64,000 nt of DNA from Octopus vulgaris. Taxonomy: Eukaryota. Below the pieces are notes generated by a model. That model saw only the letters and a list, made by a program, of their open reading frames with translations. It was not told the origin of the DNA and searched no databases. Positions 27,308-39,939 of this stretch are shown here, in pieces (position 1 is the stretch's first letter; the number at the start of each line of letters is the position of its first letter). Both the position numbers and the translations under genes were made by a program. Location: the NCBI GenBank assembly GCA_951406725.2, contig OX597819.1:132308001-132372000 (forward strand), read 5' to 3'.

Positions 27308-28170
27308 TATCAATATGAGTTCAAAGATCTCGCAATAGTTCTTGGGTTGCGTCGGGGCCATTATACATCAGTTTAAATTCACCGACCCAAGAATGGCTGC
27401 ACTGCATGCATCCAATGAAGCAGTTACAATTTGTAGCTGATCCAGCCAACAGAAACTGGTTCCTTTCTCATATAAGGCCTTATTGAGGGGAATCTTGGTA
27501 AAGTAACAACTGAAGGAAGCCCTAAAGATGTCAACGGTTGTTATTTTGATCTATAAGACATAGGATAAATCTATTTAGTTATGTTCTTGAATTGACTACA
27601 AGTCGAGATATTGCAAAATGTGGCGACCATTTTGAAATTCTAAAATGTCAGCCATTTAAGAGTGATGCTAACATCAATTTTTGGTTTCTTCATGCTCTGA
27701 AGATTCCATAAATGTATAATTCTGCAAAACCTAAAAAAAAAAATCTGAACGGAGAAAAAAATAAACAACAATAGTGACTTCAACTATTTAATGAAGGTTG
27801 ACGAATCGCGGCCCGGAAAACTCAACGCGTAACCTTTGTGCACTTTTAACAGAGTCTCTCGTTTCAATCATTTGTGCAAGTTTCTAGGCTATGAGGTCAC
27901 TGATATTCCCCTCTTGCTAAATAATTGCTAAATATAAATGGTGCTTGGATTTTATCTTCTTTTTTTTACCCAATTGTTTTTGTAGTTTTATCAGCATATA
28001 TATATATTTTCTTACTATCGAATTGCAATTTTCCCTGATTTGTTTGACTAACAGTAAGTTTTATCTCTGTTGTACTTTTGCTTTGGTAGTTCTGTCTATT
28101 GCTGTTCTGACAGAGAATTTCAGAACTTCTTTTCAATTCCCTTTGTTTGTCAAAGTATTTATTTGTTTAA

Positions 28171-28391
28171 CCCTTTCGATACCAACCCAGCTGAAACCGC
28201 CTCTGGCTCTGTATTACAAATGTCTTGTTTTCATAAGTTTTGAATTAAAATCTTCCACCAAACCTTAGTCACAATTTATGTTCCTAATACTAACTGAATG
28301 ATAACCAAGTTATTTTACTAAATTCTTTGTTATATTTAAAGTAATTGAAAGAAACACAGAACATCTCTACAGAAATAGAGTAACGAAAGGA
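28171..28391. mobile_element. piggyBac-type MITE
   Basis: TTAA|ccctttcgatac ... gtaacgaaagga|TTAA: TTAA duplication and CCCTTT-type TIRs. Confidence 0.8.
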
Positions 28392-28393
28392 TT

Positions 28394-28608
28394 AAGGCGG
28401 CGAACTGGCAGAAACGTTAGTACGCCGGGCGAAATGCTTAGTGGTGTTTCGTCTGCCTTTACGTTCTGAGTTCAAATTCCGCCGAGGTCGACTTTGTCTT
28501 TTATCCTTTCGGGATCGATTAATTAAGTACCAGTTGCGTTCTGGGGTCGATCTAATCGACTGGCCCCCGCCTCTCCAAAAATTTCGAGCCTTATTCCTCG
28601 AGTAGAAA
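28394..28608 (+). mobile_element. SINE family B
   Basis: aaggcggcgaactggcagaaacgttag...gagttcaaattccgccgaggtcgacttt. Confidence 0.9.
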
Positions 28609-29286
28609 CGAGTATGTTTATTTGTTCCTCCGAATGATTTTGTCTCGTCTCTTAAATATTTCGGTATTAATCTATTTCATGGTTTTTTTTCTTATTGTTT
28701 TATGCATTTTATCTCATCTTTTCATTCTGTCTCTCTCCCTTTTTTATTCCTGTTGCATTATTTTCCCCTACAAACCCCTATTTTCAATTTTGAAAATATA
28801 TCTCATAGATGTTGGTCTACATCGTCTAAAATTACGTAAAAGAATAACTACAAATGTTAGTGTACCGAGTGGAGTGAGCTGGGTTCTTATTAAAACGATT
28901 AGATTACCCGTTGTACACATAGATTTGCTATTTTGAAAACTATATCTTTAAAGACCACTTCACGTTTGTTAGACATTGACATTATAAGCGCCAATTATTT
29001 TTATTGCCTTTCTTGGTAGATATAAGGATTTTAAGAAAACTACATAAAATATCAAATAATGGAATTTATCAAAACGAACAACAGTAAAATTTATGAAAAG
29101 TCATGAAAACCAAATATGTTGACTTTTAATGCGTTTCATGTAGTTTATAAAAGTAAGAAAATGAAATGACACCTGATATGGACTTTTGGTATTTTAATGT
29201 TAATACATGTACGTTGATATATGATATTCATAATATGAATATATGGTACATACGATTAGATATGATACAAATAATATATAATACAT

Positions 29287-29316
<30 letters not shown>

Positions 29317-29317
<1 letters not shown>

Positions 29318-29787
29318 ACTTATGAATAAGGGCAAACGACAAAATTTCTAATGCCAAATATGCCGAAATTAGACACATTGTCCATAACCATTATAATTTT
29401 TCACAATACGCACGCTATTCAAAAAAGGTCGACAGGAATTTCTAAAACAATTCCACTATTACCATGTCGGACCAATTTCAGGGTTAGTTCATAAGAACCC
29501 TCCCTTCGTCAGTGATAAATGTGGTAAAGAAATAAATGAGATACTTACTCATTTGAGATACTTACTCATTTATTTCTTTACCACATTTATCACTGACGAA
29601 GGGAGGGTTCTTATGAACTAACCCTGAAATCGGTCCGACATGGTAATAGTGGAATTGTTTTAGAAATTCCTGTCGACCTTTTTGAATAGCGTGCGTATTG
29701 TGAAAAATTATAATGGTTATGGACAATGTGTCTAATTTCGGCATATTTGGCATTAGAAATTTTGTCGTTTGCCCTTATTCATAAGTT
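29317..29787. repeat. Near-perfect 224-bp inverted repeat (palindrome) carrying hammerhead motifs; Penelope-like pLTR fold-back
   Basis: Arms 29317-29540 and 29565-29787 differ by one substitution and one A indel (by eye). CTGACGA-stem-GAAA-tcgg-TC at 29593-29635 is mirrored in the left arm. Confidence 0.9.
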
Positions 29788-29864
29788 GCTTATAAGTTTA
29801 ACTTGCAAAGGTATTTTTTAATATGCTGGCCATTGCTAAAATTTTTTTCGAAAAAATATATTAA

Positions 29865-29897
<33 letters not shown>

Positions 29898-29927
29898 CTT
29901 CTATACATATATATATATATATATATA

Positions 29928-31071
29928 TCTTCTATATATATATAAAACTGAGTATGTGCGTCTGTCTGTCTGTGTGAATCCCTAAAACTTGAGAACTACA
30001 CAACCAATTTCACTCAAATTTTACACATGCCTTACTTAGGGTCCATATAATGTCATGGGCAAAAATTTCTAACTTCTTGCCTAGGGCGAGCCCACAGCAA
30101 TATCATATCTTCTCCACTATTTCAGTATTACGTGTTAAAAGTGAAACAAAAACATCTCTATTGTAATGTCAGATACTTTCACTTTAATACTGAAACTATT
30201 AAAGTTAAACTATTATATAAGAGGGATGAACCATTAACAGTGGACATCCATTTTGCTAGAAGAAGATCCGCTATGGTCTTATATGCTACACCACTGGTTT
30301 TCAATTCATATTAATCAAATTAACATATAATTTCTCACCCTTATTATTTTAAATTTAAATTTAAACCCAGGACCATGTGTTTTGGAACAAAGTTTGTTAC
30401 CACATAGCCACATCTGCACCTATGTATGTGTGTGTGTGTATGTGTGTATAGCTGTATATGTATACATTTATTTCTATACATATAGATGTATACGTATACA
30501 TCTATATGTGTAGATGTACATATATATATAGATGTACATGTAATATGTACACATATATATTCACATATACACATGCATACATATATACACCCATACATAC
30601 ACACACACACACATACATAGGTGCAGGTGTGGCTGTGTGGTAACAAACTTGGTTCCAAAACACATGGTCCTCAGTTCAATTCCACTGTGTGGTGACTTGG
30701 CATGTGTCTTCTGCTATAGCCTCAGACTAACCAAAGCCTTGTCAGTGGATTTTGTAGACAGAAACTGAAAGAAATCAGTCGTATATATATGTATGTATAT
30801 ATGTAAGTCTGTGTGTGTGTCTTTATGTTTCTCCCTCATCACTGCCTCACAACTGGTGTTCGTTTATTTACATCCCCATAACTTACTGGTTTCACATGAA
30901 GAAACTGATAGAATAAGTACCAGGCTTATCAAAATAAAAAAAACCCACTAGGCAGTATCTCATATTTTTGTTTGCCCTCACAATTTATTTTTTTGTGTGT
31001 GTGCGTGTTTATACATACATACATACATACATACATACATACATACATACATACATACATACATACATACA

Positions 31072-31105
<34 letters not shown>

Positions 31106-31183
31106 CATACATACACACACAGACACACACACACACAACATATATATATGGATTTCGTAGACAGAAACTTAAAGAAATCAATC

Positions 31184-31241
<58 letters not shown>

Positions 31242-31454
31242 GTATATATTTAAGTGTATGTGTGTGATTTTGTTTCTGTGTTTCACCCTCATCACTGATT
31301 CACAACTGCTGTTTGTTTATTTATATCCCCATAACTTACTGGTTTCACAAGAAAAAACTAATAGAATAAGTACCAGGCTTATCAACATAAAAAGGCACTA
31401 CGCTGTGTCTCATATTTTTGTTTGCCCACTCAGTTGTATCTACCAATTTATCTT

Positions 31455-31486
<32 letters not shown>

Positions 31487-32702
31487 ATACACACACACAC
31501 ATATATATACATGAATATATATGTGTACATTCATATTTATCATATCAAAGACAATGTCTTTATGTGTTCGTGTATTACTTATACATTCGAAAACTGCTGC
31601 ACCGATCATGATGAAATTTGGAACCCAAAATCGAAGCCCAGGGAGAAGGGTAATGTTGTGTGTTTCATACAATTTCATGGACCAAAATTACTGAAATGGA
31701 TCCTTATGATATTTGAAACTTAGATTCAATGCATAAGGGCGGGTATAATGCAATATGTTTGGTTTGAACTTCAGATGGCTTAAAGGGGGCAGAACCCCCC
31801 ATGAAAATTCATAAATTTTCGATGTTGATGAAATTTTAACCATGGGTAATTGACACACATCAAGAAGTATTCTCAAAGTTTCCACTTCATATGAGGATTC
31901 TAAGACACACAAATAGGGGCCTTACCTCCCAAATTTCAGTCATCTCTTTTATGATCCAAAACGTCAAAAGTACTGAATGGATCTTTACGAAATTTGGAAA
32001 TTATATTCTATGTATAAGGGCCACAACCCCCATGGCAATTCATATATTTTTGCTGTTGAGGAAATTTTAACCATAGATATTAGACACAAATGAAGTAATA
32101 TTTATAAAATTTAATCTTCTTATAAGTTAGAAAGACCTCTTCATGGGGACTTAACACCCACCATTTTGTCATTTTATCTAATAGTTGTACTCTTGGAAGC
32201 TGTGGGGTCATCCGAGCATAGAAGATGAGCATTATTTGTAATTCAATTGTACAACAGTGTAAGAGTTTGCTTTGACATACACTTAGATTGTGATTTCTGC
32301 AATGTGCTGCATAAATTGTCAATTCAAACAATAGATATACGACCCAAGTTAAAAAGATTCTCAACAATTCAATTTCTCTGGTTGACATTAAGATGCCCAC
32401 CCCCAATAAGGGCGTTAACTCTCATATTTTAGAGCTCCATGACCTTCATTTTCCCGGATCAAAATTCTTTTAACAGGTTCAATAAGACTGGAATTTTGGA
32501 ATATGCGTATAAGAATCAGTAGTAAGGGATACATGTGGCACGATTACAATTTTTGTGGGGTGTGTAAAGAGGGAAATAACCCTCATCTGCAATTTTGATG
32601 AAATTCGAAAGATAGATATTCCAGTTCATTACAGAAAATATAACAGAAAAGTCTAATTCTTCAATTGTATGTAACTCGGGCAACGCCGAGTAACTCTGCT
32701 AC
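29928..32702 (+). mobile_element. Non-autonomous Helitron/Helentron-like element(s) with nested SINE fragments
   Basis: 5' tcttctatatatataaaactgag..(gtct)n start. Internal ~250-bp subrepeats (gatgaaattt.., gaaattttaaccat). 3' hairpin actcgg-gcaacg-ccgagt followed by ctgctac (CTAG-like). The two ends may belong to different copies. Confidence 0.55.
30619..30975 (+). mobile_element. SINE family A, diverged; 3' half re-duplicated at ~31148-31430
   Basis: gcaggtgtggctgtgtggtaa head and gatagaataagtaccaggcttatc. The second partial copy shares private variants (ccccataacttactggtttcaca). Confidence 0.82.
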
Positions 32703-32736
<34 letters not shown>

Positions 32737-32749
32737 TATAATATATATT

Positions 32750-33182
32750 CGTAAATATAAGAGAGTTAACGTTACATAGGTTAACTCTAGTGCTAGAAAT
32801 AGCTCCTCCGGTATAATCGCCGACGATACCTCGTCGCCCGTGTGGGTCTGATAAATTGCATCGATGACAAATGTTGCTGATGATTTATAGACAAATATGT
32901 GAGTATAATTTGCATATTATGTTGATAAAGAAACAATTGTACAACATTAATCCACTTTTTAGTTCTATTTCACTTTCCTTACGTGCTATTTCTATGTAGA
33001 GGTATCGTCGGCGATTATACCGGAGGAGCTATTTCTAGCACTAGAGTTAACCTATGTAACGTTAACTGTCTTATATTTACGGATAAATATGTATTGTCTC
33101 CCTGGTTTAGTGTGCTAGGTCGCTTGGTGTTAAAATAAGGGTATTATTAAATGAATATCTAATTTTTTCACCCTCATTTTTG
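32750..33182 (+). mobile_element. Penelope-like pLTR element with 83-bp inverted 5' duplication
   Basis: Arms 32750-32832 and 32999-33081 (one mismatch) enclose a hammerhead motif. (TA)n on both sides. Confidence 0.8.
32870..32948 (+). ncRNA. Type I hammerhead ribozyme (predicted)
   Basis: Stem I aatgttg/caacatt. CTGATGA at 32877-32883. 46-nt stem-loop II at 32884-32929. GAAA at 32930-32933, palindromic caattg, and GUA cleavage triplet (32939-32941). Confidence 0.8.
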
Positions 33183-33250
<68 letters not shown>

Positions 33251-33251
<1 letters not shown>

Positions 33252-33548
33252 GTGGAGGTGCAATGGCCCAGTGGTTAGGGCAGCCCACTCGCGGTCGTAG
33301 GATCGCGGTTTCGATTCCCAGACCGGGCATTGTGAGTGTTTATTGAGCGAAAACACCTAAAGCTCCACGAGGCCCCGGCAGGGGGTGATGGCGATCCCTG
33401 CTGTACTGTTTCGCTCTTTCTTCTGTTGACCTGCTCACTTAGCCAGCGGGTGACGTCATTTGAAGGCTAAAACAATGAGAAGCGCATTGTGACCAGCGAT
33501 GTGTAGCAACATCTGATAGCCTGGTCGGTCACGGTCACGGTCACGGTC
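33251..33548 (+). mobile_element. tRNA-derived SINE family C, full length
   Basis: A box tggcccagtgg, B box gtttcgattcc, 3' catttgaaggctaaaacaatg...gcctggtcg(gtcacg)n tail. Confidence 0.9.
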
Positions 33549-33855
33549 ATATATATATATGATTATATAATGAGTGTAGAACAAAGAAAAACGATTATTG
33601 GAGGAAACAGGTGATGGGTTGTGTCCGCTAATTTGGATTTGTGAGCCTAGGAGGAGACGGGAGTGGGGATATGGAAGGCGAAACAATTCTGTGGAAAATT
33701 TCACTGAATGAATCGTGATGACTCGGAGTATTTAATATTTTCGATCGTTTACTTTAGACATTTCTATCTCTCTACGGCTGAAAAACGTCTTAGAATTTGC
33801 AGACTTTACAAAACCGTGTGTGCATAGTTTAATGATTCCACAAATACGCGCAAAA

Positions 33856-33890
<35 letters not shown>

Positions 33891-35702
33891 TACATACTCA
33901 CACATACACGCACACACATGCACACACATGCACATGCATACGTTTACTTATGTTAGAGGAATAGGAAAACCTTTTCGGATTGAGCTTTCATTCTCTCGCT
34001 CCTTCAGTCAACCCTGACGTAAGCAAACTGAAAAGGAAAAAAAAAGGAAGCGTATGTCTTCTAGCGATGCAAGCGGGATGTAAGTCGTTGAGGGTCTGGT
34101 GTTGTCTGTAATGTATAGAACAGATCCTCTTTGGCGGCTCCGACGAAGGGCCAATGGCAGATCGTTGCAATTCATTCAGATTATATTTTTAAGAATGGGA
34201 TAATTTTATTAGCAACATATTTTTGCCGCAAGAAAAGAAAGAAAATAAAAGCATTAAAAATATAAAAGATAAAATTATCGAGAAAAATAAAAACTACATC
34301 ACCAAGGAAACGGAGAAAAAACAAAAAGAGGGATGAGAATTAAGCAGCAGAAAATGGGGGGGGGGGGTGAGTAACGGGTTGCACACCCCAGAAACAAATG
34401 GTGTGCTTAGCCACATGCTGTAGACATGATTGCAAAGGCATTGCCATGGAGAATGGCCAGTGACACTCGCTGCAACAACCACCTCCACCTCGCGGGACTC
34501 ATTTCTCAGACGAACCACAGTCATTCCGGTGAAATTTCCATGCAAAAAAAGAAATCTATGATTCGCTGCTAAATGCTTGTGTTTCATTCCATGCTACCAA
34601 TGGCGGATCGCTCGTCTGCTTTTCGATTTTCAAATTCGCGTTGGCAGTTCTTTGGTTTTGCTACTTGTTTTAACCAGAACAAGGCAGAACTACCTGTTGC
34701 ATGAAATACGTGCAGGACCATAAAAGGGCACGATGTAAACGTTTTGCAATTAATTGTAGGACGGAGTGGGGGGGATGTGAAATTGCCAAAATATTGAGCT
34801 TTACTTAAAGGTCAAATGTCCTGAAATTGGTATAATTTCAGGACATTTGTTTCAACAAGAAAAACATCAGAAAGCCGCATAGGATTTATAGAGTTCGCCT
34901 TCAACTGTAAATCCCTCAAGTACAACGGTTGATTCTGTCACAGCAATCTAGAAAACACTACAGCGTTTTGGAAAGCATGTCTGGAAATCAAAAGACAACT
35001 CAGAGAAAATTACCATTTCATAGACAATGTTAGGGTTAGGGTAGAGTCAGTGTTTAAGGATGGATTAAAGTGCTGTGGTTACTGTCTTACAGACAAGATC
35101 TATATCAGTCACTGCTCTACTGCAATCTTAAAGAATTATGACCTAGCCATTTCCAACTGATCGGCAGATGTAAGGAGCACCCCACTCAAGTAATTCCTGA
35201 CAATTGACAGCAAATTGTAACGATTTCTACCGCTTAGAACACTTTCAGTGATTATACCCAAAGAAGGAGTCGGACGAACTAATCACTGGGTAACGAAATA
35301 ATAATCTTTCTCTCGCATAGAAATAAACTTAACATTAGATTATAGAAATTGTTAACACACTGGGTTTTGTGCTCACAAAGCAAAACAATCTCTCTATGTA
35401 TGTATGTATGTATGTATGTATGTATGTATGTATGTATGTATGTATGTATGTATGTATGTATGTATGTGTGCATGTGTGTATGTATGTATGTATGTATGTA
35501 TGTATGTATGTATGTATGTATGTATGTGTCTGCCTGCCTGTGTGTTTGCCTACGAATGTCCCTATGCCCACATGCATGTCCGTCCCTTTGTGTCAAAATC
35601 TCGAATTTATCCTATTTCGATTGATTAACTGTTTATCTCTAACCTGCCTTCATTTTTTGCTCTATTCCTCCACATCTCACTCTTCATCCCTTCATACACA
35701 CG

Positions 35703-35762
<60 letters not shown>

Positions 35763-36249
35763 AAGCAAGAGCGAGAGAGAGACCGAGAAAGAGAGGGAGA
35801 GAGAGAGACCGAGAAAGAGAGGGAGAGAGAGACAGAGAAAGAGAGGGAGAGCGAGACAGACAGAGAGAGATAGATGAAGACGAGAGATAAAGAGTGAATC
35901 GACCATTAATAAAACCGAGTGAATTCGAGAAGATTTCGGCACAAAGGGACCGGCATGTTTATAATATGGACAGAACAACCTTCAGTAAATTCTAGAAAAC
36001 CAACGTTGAAATAATGTCTACTTGATCCAACTGTGGGCATTTCAACCTCCCCAAAGTAATATAAAGCCGAAACTGTAAGCGTTAACGCCCCTATCAGGTT
36101 TACGAATATCAGACGACTACATAACCTAAATACTGCCGGCAGACACCAGGATCTTGTAATATTAACTGTTAACATTTCATTGTAGAAGGAAAAATTTGAA
36201 ATAAAGGAAGTCCTTATACAGGCGCTGGGTGTGTTTGTGTGTGTGCTTG

Positions 36250-36450
36250 AGTGTGTGTTTGCTACCCTCACCACTTGACGACCGGTGTCGGTGTGTTTAC
36301 GTCCCCGTAATTTGGAGGCTCGGCAAAAAGAAGCCGATAGAATAAGAGGCTTAAAAGAATAAGTCCTGAGCTCGATTCTTTCGGCTGCAAAATTGTTGAA
36401 GGCGGTGCCCCAGCATGGCCGCAGTCTAATGGCTAAAACAAGTAAACGAT
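36250..36450 (+). mobile_element. SINE family A 3' half
   Basis: gtgtgtttacgtccccgtaa...gatagaataag...ggcggtgccccagcatggccgcagtc. Confidence 0.82.
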
Positions 36451-36529
36451 AAAAAAATTGTAATAAAATGTTTCTCTTGAAATTTCCAACATTGTCATGG
36501 TTACGGGATCCAGTAAACACACCAATATG

Positions 36530-37364
36530 AACACACACACACACACACGCACACACACACACACACACACACATACACACACACACACACACGCACACGC
36601 ACACACATTTATGCACACAAATACACACACATATATTTATGCACACATACACACACACATACGTATACATGCTCATGGACACATATATAGGCACACGCAT
36701 ACGTATATATACACACACATACACAAATCTATAGACACGCACATACACACACACATACATACTCATGCACGCAGGCATATATATTTACATGCACATACAT
36801 AGACATATATATATATATATACTCGCACGTACATACACATTTACATATGCACATATATATACATATATACACATATACTCCGCACACACACACATATACA
36901 TACACATATAAATTTACACTCAAATATACACGTGCACGCACACATATACACATATATACACACACATATATAAAATATACACACACACATATATTTATAC
37001 ACATGCACATATATGCACATAGACACATGCATATATATATAAATATATACACATATACTCCGCACTTACACTCACACATATATACACACACACACACATA
37101 CATAAATATATATATATATACACACACACACACACGCACAAATACTTATGAATTTACACACACACATACATAAATATAAATATATATATATACACACACA
37201 CACACACAATATAAATATAAATATATATATACACACACACACATACATAAATATAAATATATATATATACACATACACACACATACATAAATATAAATAT
37301 ATATATATACACACACACACATACATAAATATAAATATATATATATATACACACACATATATAT

Positions 37365-37399
<35 letters not shown>

Positions 37400-37420
37400 T
37401 ACATATGAATTTACACACAC
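36530..37420. repeat. Compound CA/TA tract with higher-order ~32-34-bp units
   Basis: The unit acacacatacataaatataaatatatatatat recurs at ~37090-37350, and acatatactccgcac is duplicated. Confidence 0.85.
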
Positions 37421-37651
37421 ATGCGCACAGGAAATCAAATCTAAATCTAAATCAAATGAAAGGTTCTCAGTTGCTGCTTACGTCGCTGTTAAAACACGTT
37501 GCGCGTTCCGAGACGTTGATATCAGAAAGCAGCGGGAATTCTCGACCTCAGAGCCAGATCCTGTTTGAACGAAGGGTTTCATGGGGAAACGATATGATAT
37601 ATGACCACAGGCACATATATCATGACATGTATGTGTGTGTGTGTGTGTGTA

Positions 37652-37710
<59 letters not shown>

Positions 37711-38578
37711 AAATATCAAGCTAGGTAGAAAGTAAGATGAAAGATATCGAGAGTGGAAGGATGAGAGGAAGAGAATACACGAAATAGAGAGACAGACAGA
37801 GAGAAAGGGACACGCGCGCACACGCACACGGGGCGAGAGAGTCCTGTATTTCGTGCCTAAGTAGGGGCTGGGATATGTATCTGGTTTCAGTCGCCGATAA
37901 GATGCGAATATGTTTTACGGCCGTTTCGTTGTTTTGCCGTTTCCGATGTCAACCCGGAGAAACCTCCGTCGTCGTTTTAGGCGTCGCTTAAAAACGATCG
38001 AAGAATTTCAAAGGCAAGAAAATTCCATTGAGGAAGCTGAAGGGAAGCTCCCCTTGTTAGAACTGTGTGGAGAATTCCAAGAGAAACGAAGACTGATCGT
38101 TGATACTGGTGATCTCTAAGTGTAAATAGATTTGCTAGAAATAGCAAACAAATCTTCCCTCAATCACATACTTCCGTATTAAGTAAGGAAAGGCACATTG
38201 AATGATGTAATCTAAGATAGACTTATATTTGAAAATCTGACAGAATGGTCTTTGTTGAGAAGCTATTGATCATCTTTCTGGAAGGATCTGGTACGAATGA
38301 ATAGTTCTTTTAGGCACGGGGCCCACGATTTTAGGGAAGAGGCAGGCGATGGAATCGATCTCCAACACTTGATTGATTTCGATCTCTGAACGATTAAAAC
38401 TGAAGTTAAACTCAGCGGGGTTTGAACTCAGGACATAAAGGGTCAGAAGGAAAAGCTGCAACCTCGCAGAGAATTCTACCAATCCACAGCAACGTCTTGG
38501 CACGAAATCATTTTAATTGCTGATCTTTGAGGTGGACAACTTCTTTCGAGGAAACCGCCATCACCTTCGCCCTTCAAT

Positions 38579-38794
38579 TACCACCACTACCAGCACCACC
38601 ACCACCACTACCACCACCACCACCACCACCACCACTACGCCGCCACCACCACCACCGCCACCACCAGCCGCCACCACCGCACCAGCACCACCACCGCCGC
38701 CGCCACCACCGACGCCGTCACCGCCGCCGCCGCCGCCGCCACCACCACTACCACCACCACCACCACCACCACCACCACCACCACCACCACCACC

Positions 38795-38845
<51 letters not shown>
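38579..38845. repeat. (CCA/CCG)n + (CTA)n trinucleotide tract
   Basis: Direct observation. Source of the poly-P/H/G ORFs. Confidence 0.95.
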
Positions 38846-38846
<1 letters not shown>

Positions 38847-39851
38847 GTGAGATAAGAACTGCCGGGATTCGAAACATGCTCGCTGATTTCTTTTGTTGGG
38901 GATTTCAAGACTTTAGATTCGCGGTGGAGTCTTTCCTCACTTAAATCACACATCGTGTGCCGTACTTTTGATGTATTTACAAACATTCGAATCGATATCC
39001 AGGTTGGATAAGTTATATCTACTCACGTCTATTGACATGACGTGTTTGTGAATGCGGTCGCCGTTGAATCGAAGTGTTTTTATTTAATAAATGGATTTCA
39101 AAAGTTCTCGTCTCATTTGCTGATTCTTTGATTTCTCAATAACCATGGCGGATATTCAACCAATTCTCTTGACATGTCCTCAGCATATTCACAACAAAGA
39201 CAACTGGATTTAGCAATGTTAGCATTTCCACCATTCTACTTCTCCAAGACAATTCAAAGTTGAGATTATATTTAAAACAAAATACACATTCATTTCCTGA
39301 ATAGCCGCAAACGTTTTCGTCCTAAATTCTGTGTGTGTGTGTGTGTGTATTAATGTTTCACTTGGTCAGGGCTCATCTATTCTCCTGTGTACGATACATT
39401 TCGTTTCACAAATAAATATCTAAAATAATAAATAGGAAATGTTTCTAAAAGGAAATATGAGACAAGTACACAGGATTGCATTATCGCGCGACACGTGGAC
39501 AAGAATTAGAACAGCAGCGACATCATAAAGTCCGTGCCTTCGTTTCCCGGGAGAAAACTCGACTCTTTCTCTATTCTGAGAGAAAAACAAAAACATAAAA
39601 AATATTAAAAAAACCTGTGAAAGGTGTCGGGTTTACAAGACTGGATTTAATCTCTGGAGTTAATTTCAATAATCTTCCATAGTTAAAATAAAACTCTGAC
39701 AAACAAGTGTAGGTCTCAGAGAGAAGTGGTTCCTATTGGTGTTAAGTACTTTCTATTTTGGTTGGTTAAACGTGTTCCAGAATGGGAACAGTTTGAGTTG
39801 AAGATAAATTTTATTGCCTTTCTTAATTCACCAACACCACACACGCAGACT

Positions 39852-39939
<88 letters not shown>

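Larger units (their letters stand above)
23466..27760 (-). mobile_element. Fossil Academ-like DNA transposon with diverged ~240-bp terminal inverted repeats
   Basis: 23490-23700 is a diverged reverse complement of 27545-27735 (shared cagagcatg, ttcaaaatgg.cgccaca, ctcgact.gtagtc, atcctatgt). Minus-strand remnants ALGKHKTTELPLFHTFNGAKIVGRFSRVG (~25065-25165, XPG/H3TH-like LPxFHAxxGxD..F.G.GK) and LICLLYGPK..KLRW..AEGNDLFPTVDAF..VWSQA..NGY (~24465-24680, LPPT-like). The left end begins TAG. Confidence 0.68.

Noticed and set aside
29562-29753. 63-aa ORF in the palindrome arm
   Set aside because: No recognisable domain, frameshifted in the mirror arm, and better explained as the antisense of a non-coding HHR element.
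33251-33330. tRNA-like sequence with A and B boxes
   Set aside because: It continues into a repeated SINE body and no complete cloverleaf is evident, so it is a SINE head rather than a tRNA gene. The same applies to family A and B heads.
35030-35042. (TTAGGG)2 telomere-like motif
   Set aside because: Only two units. Such short runs are common in repeats or by chance.
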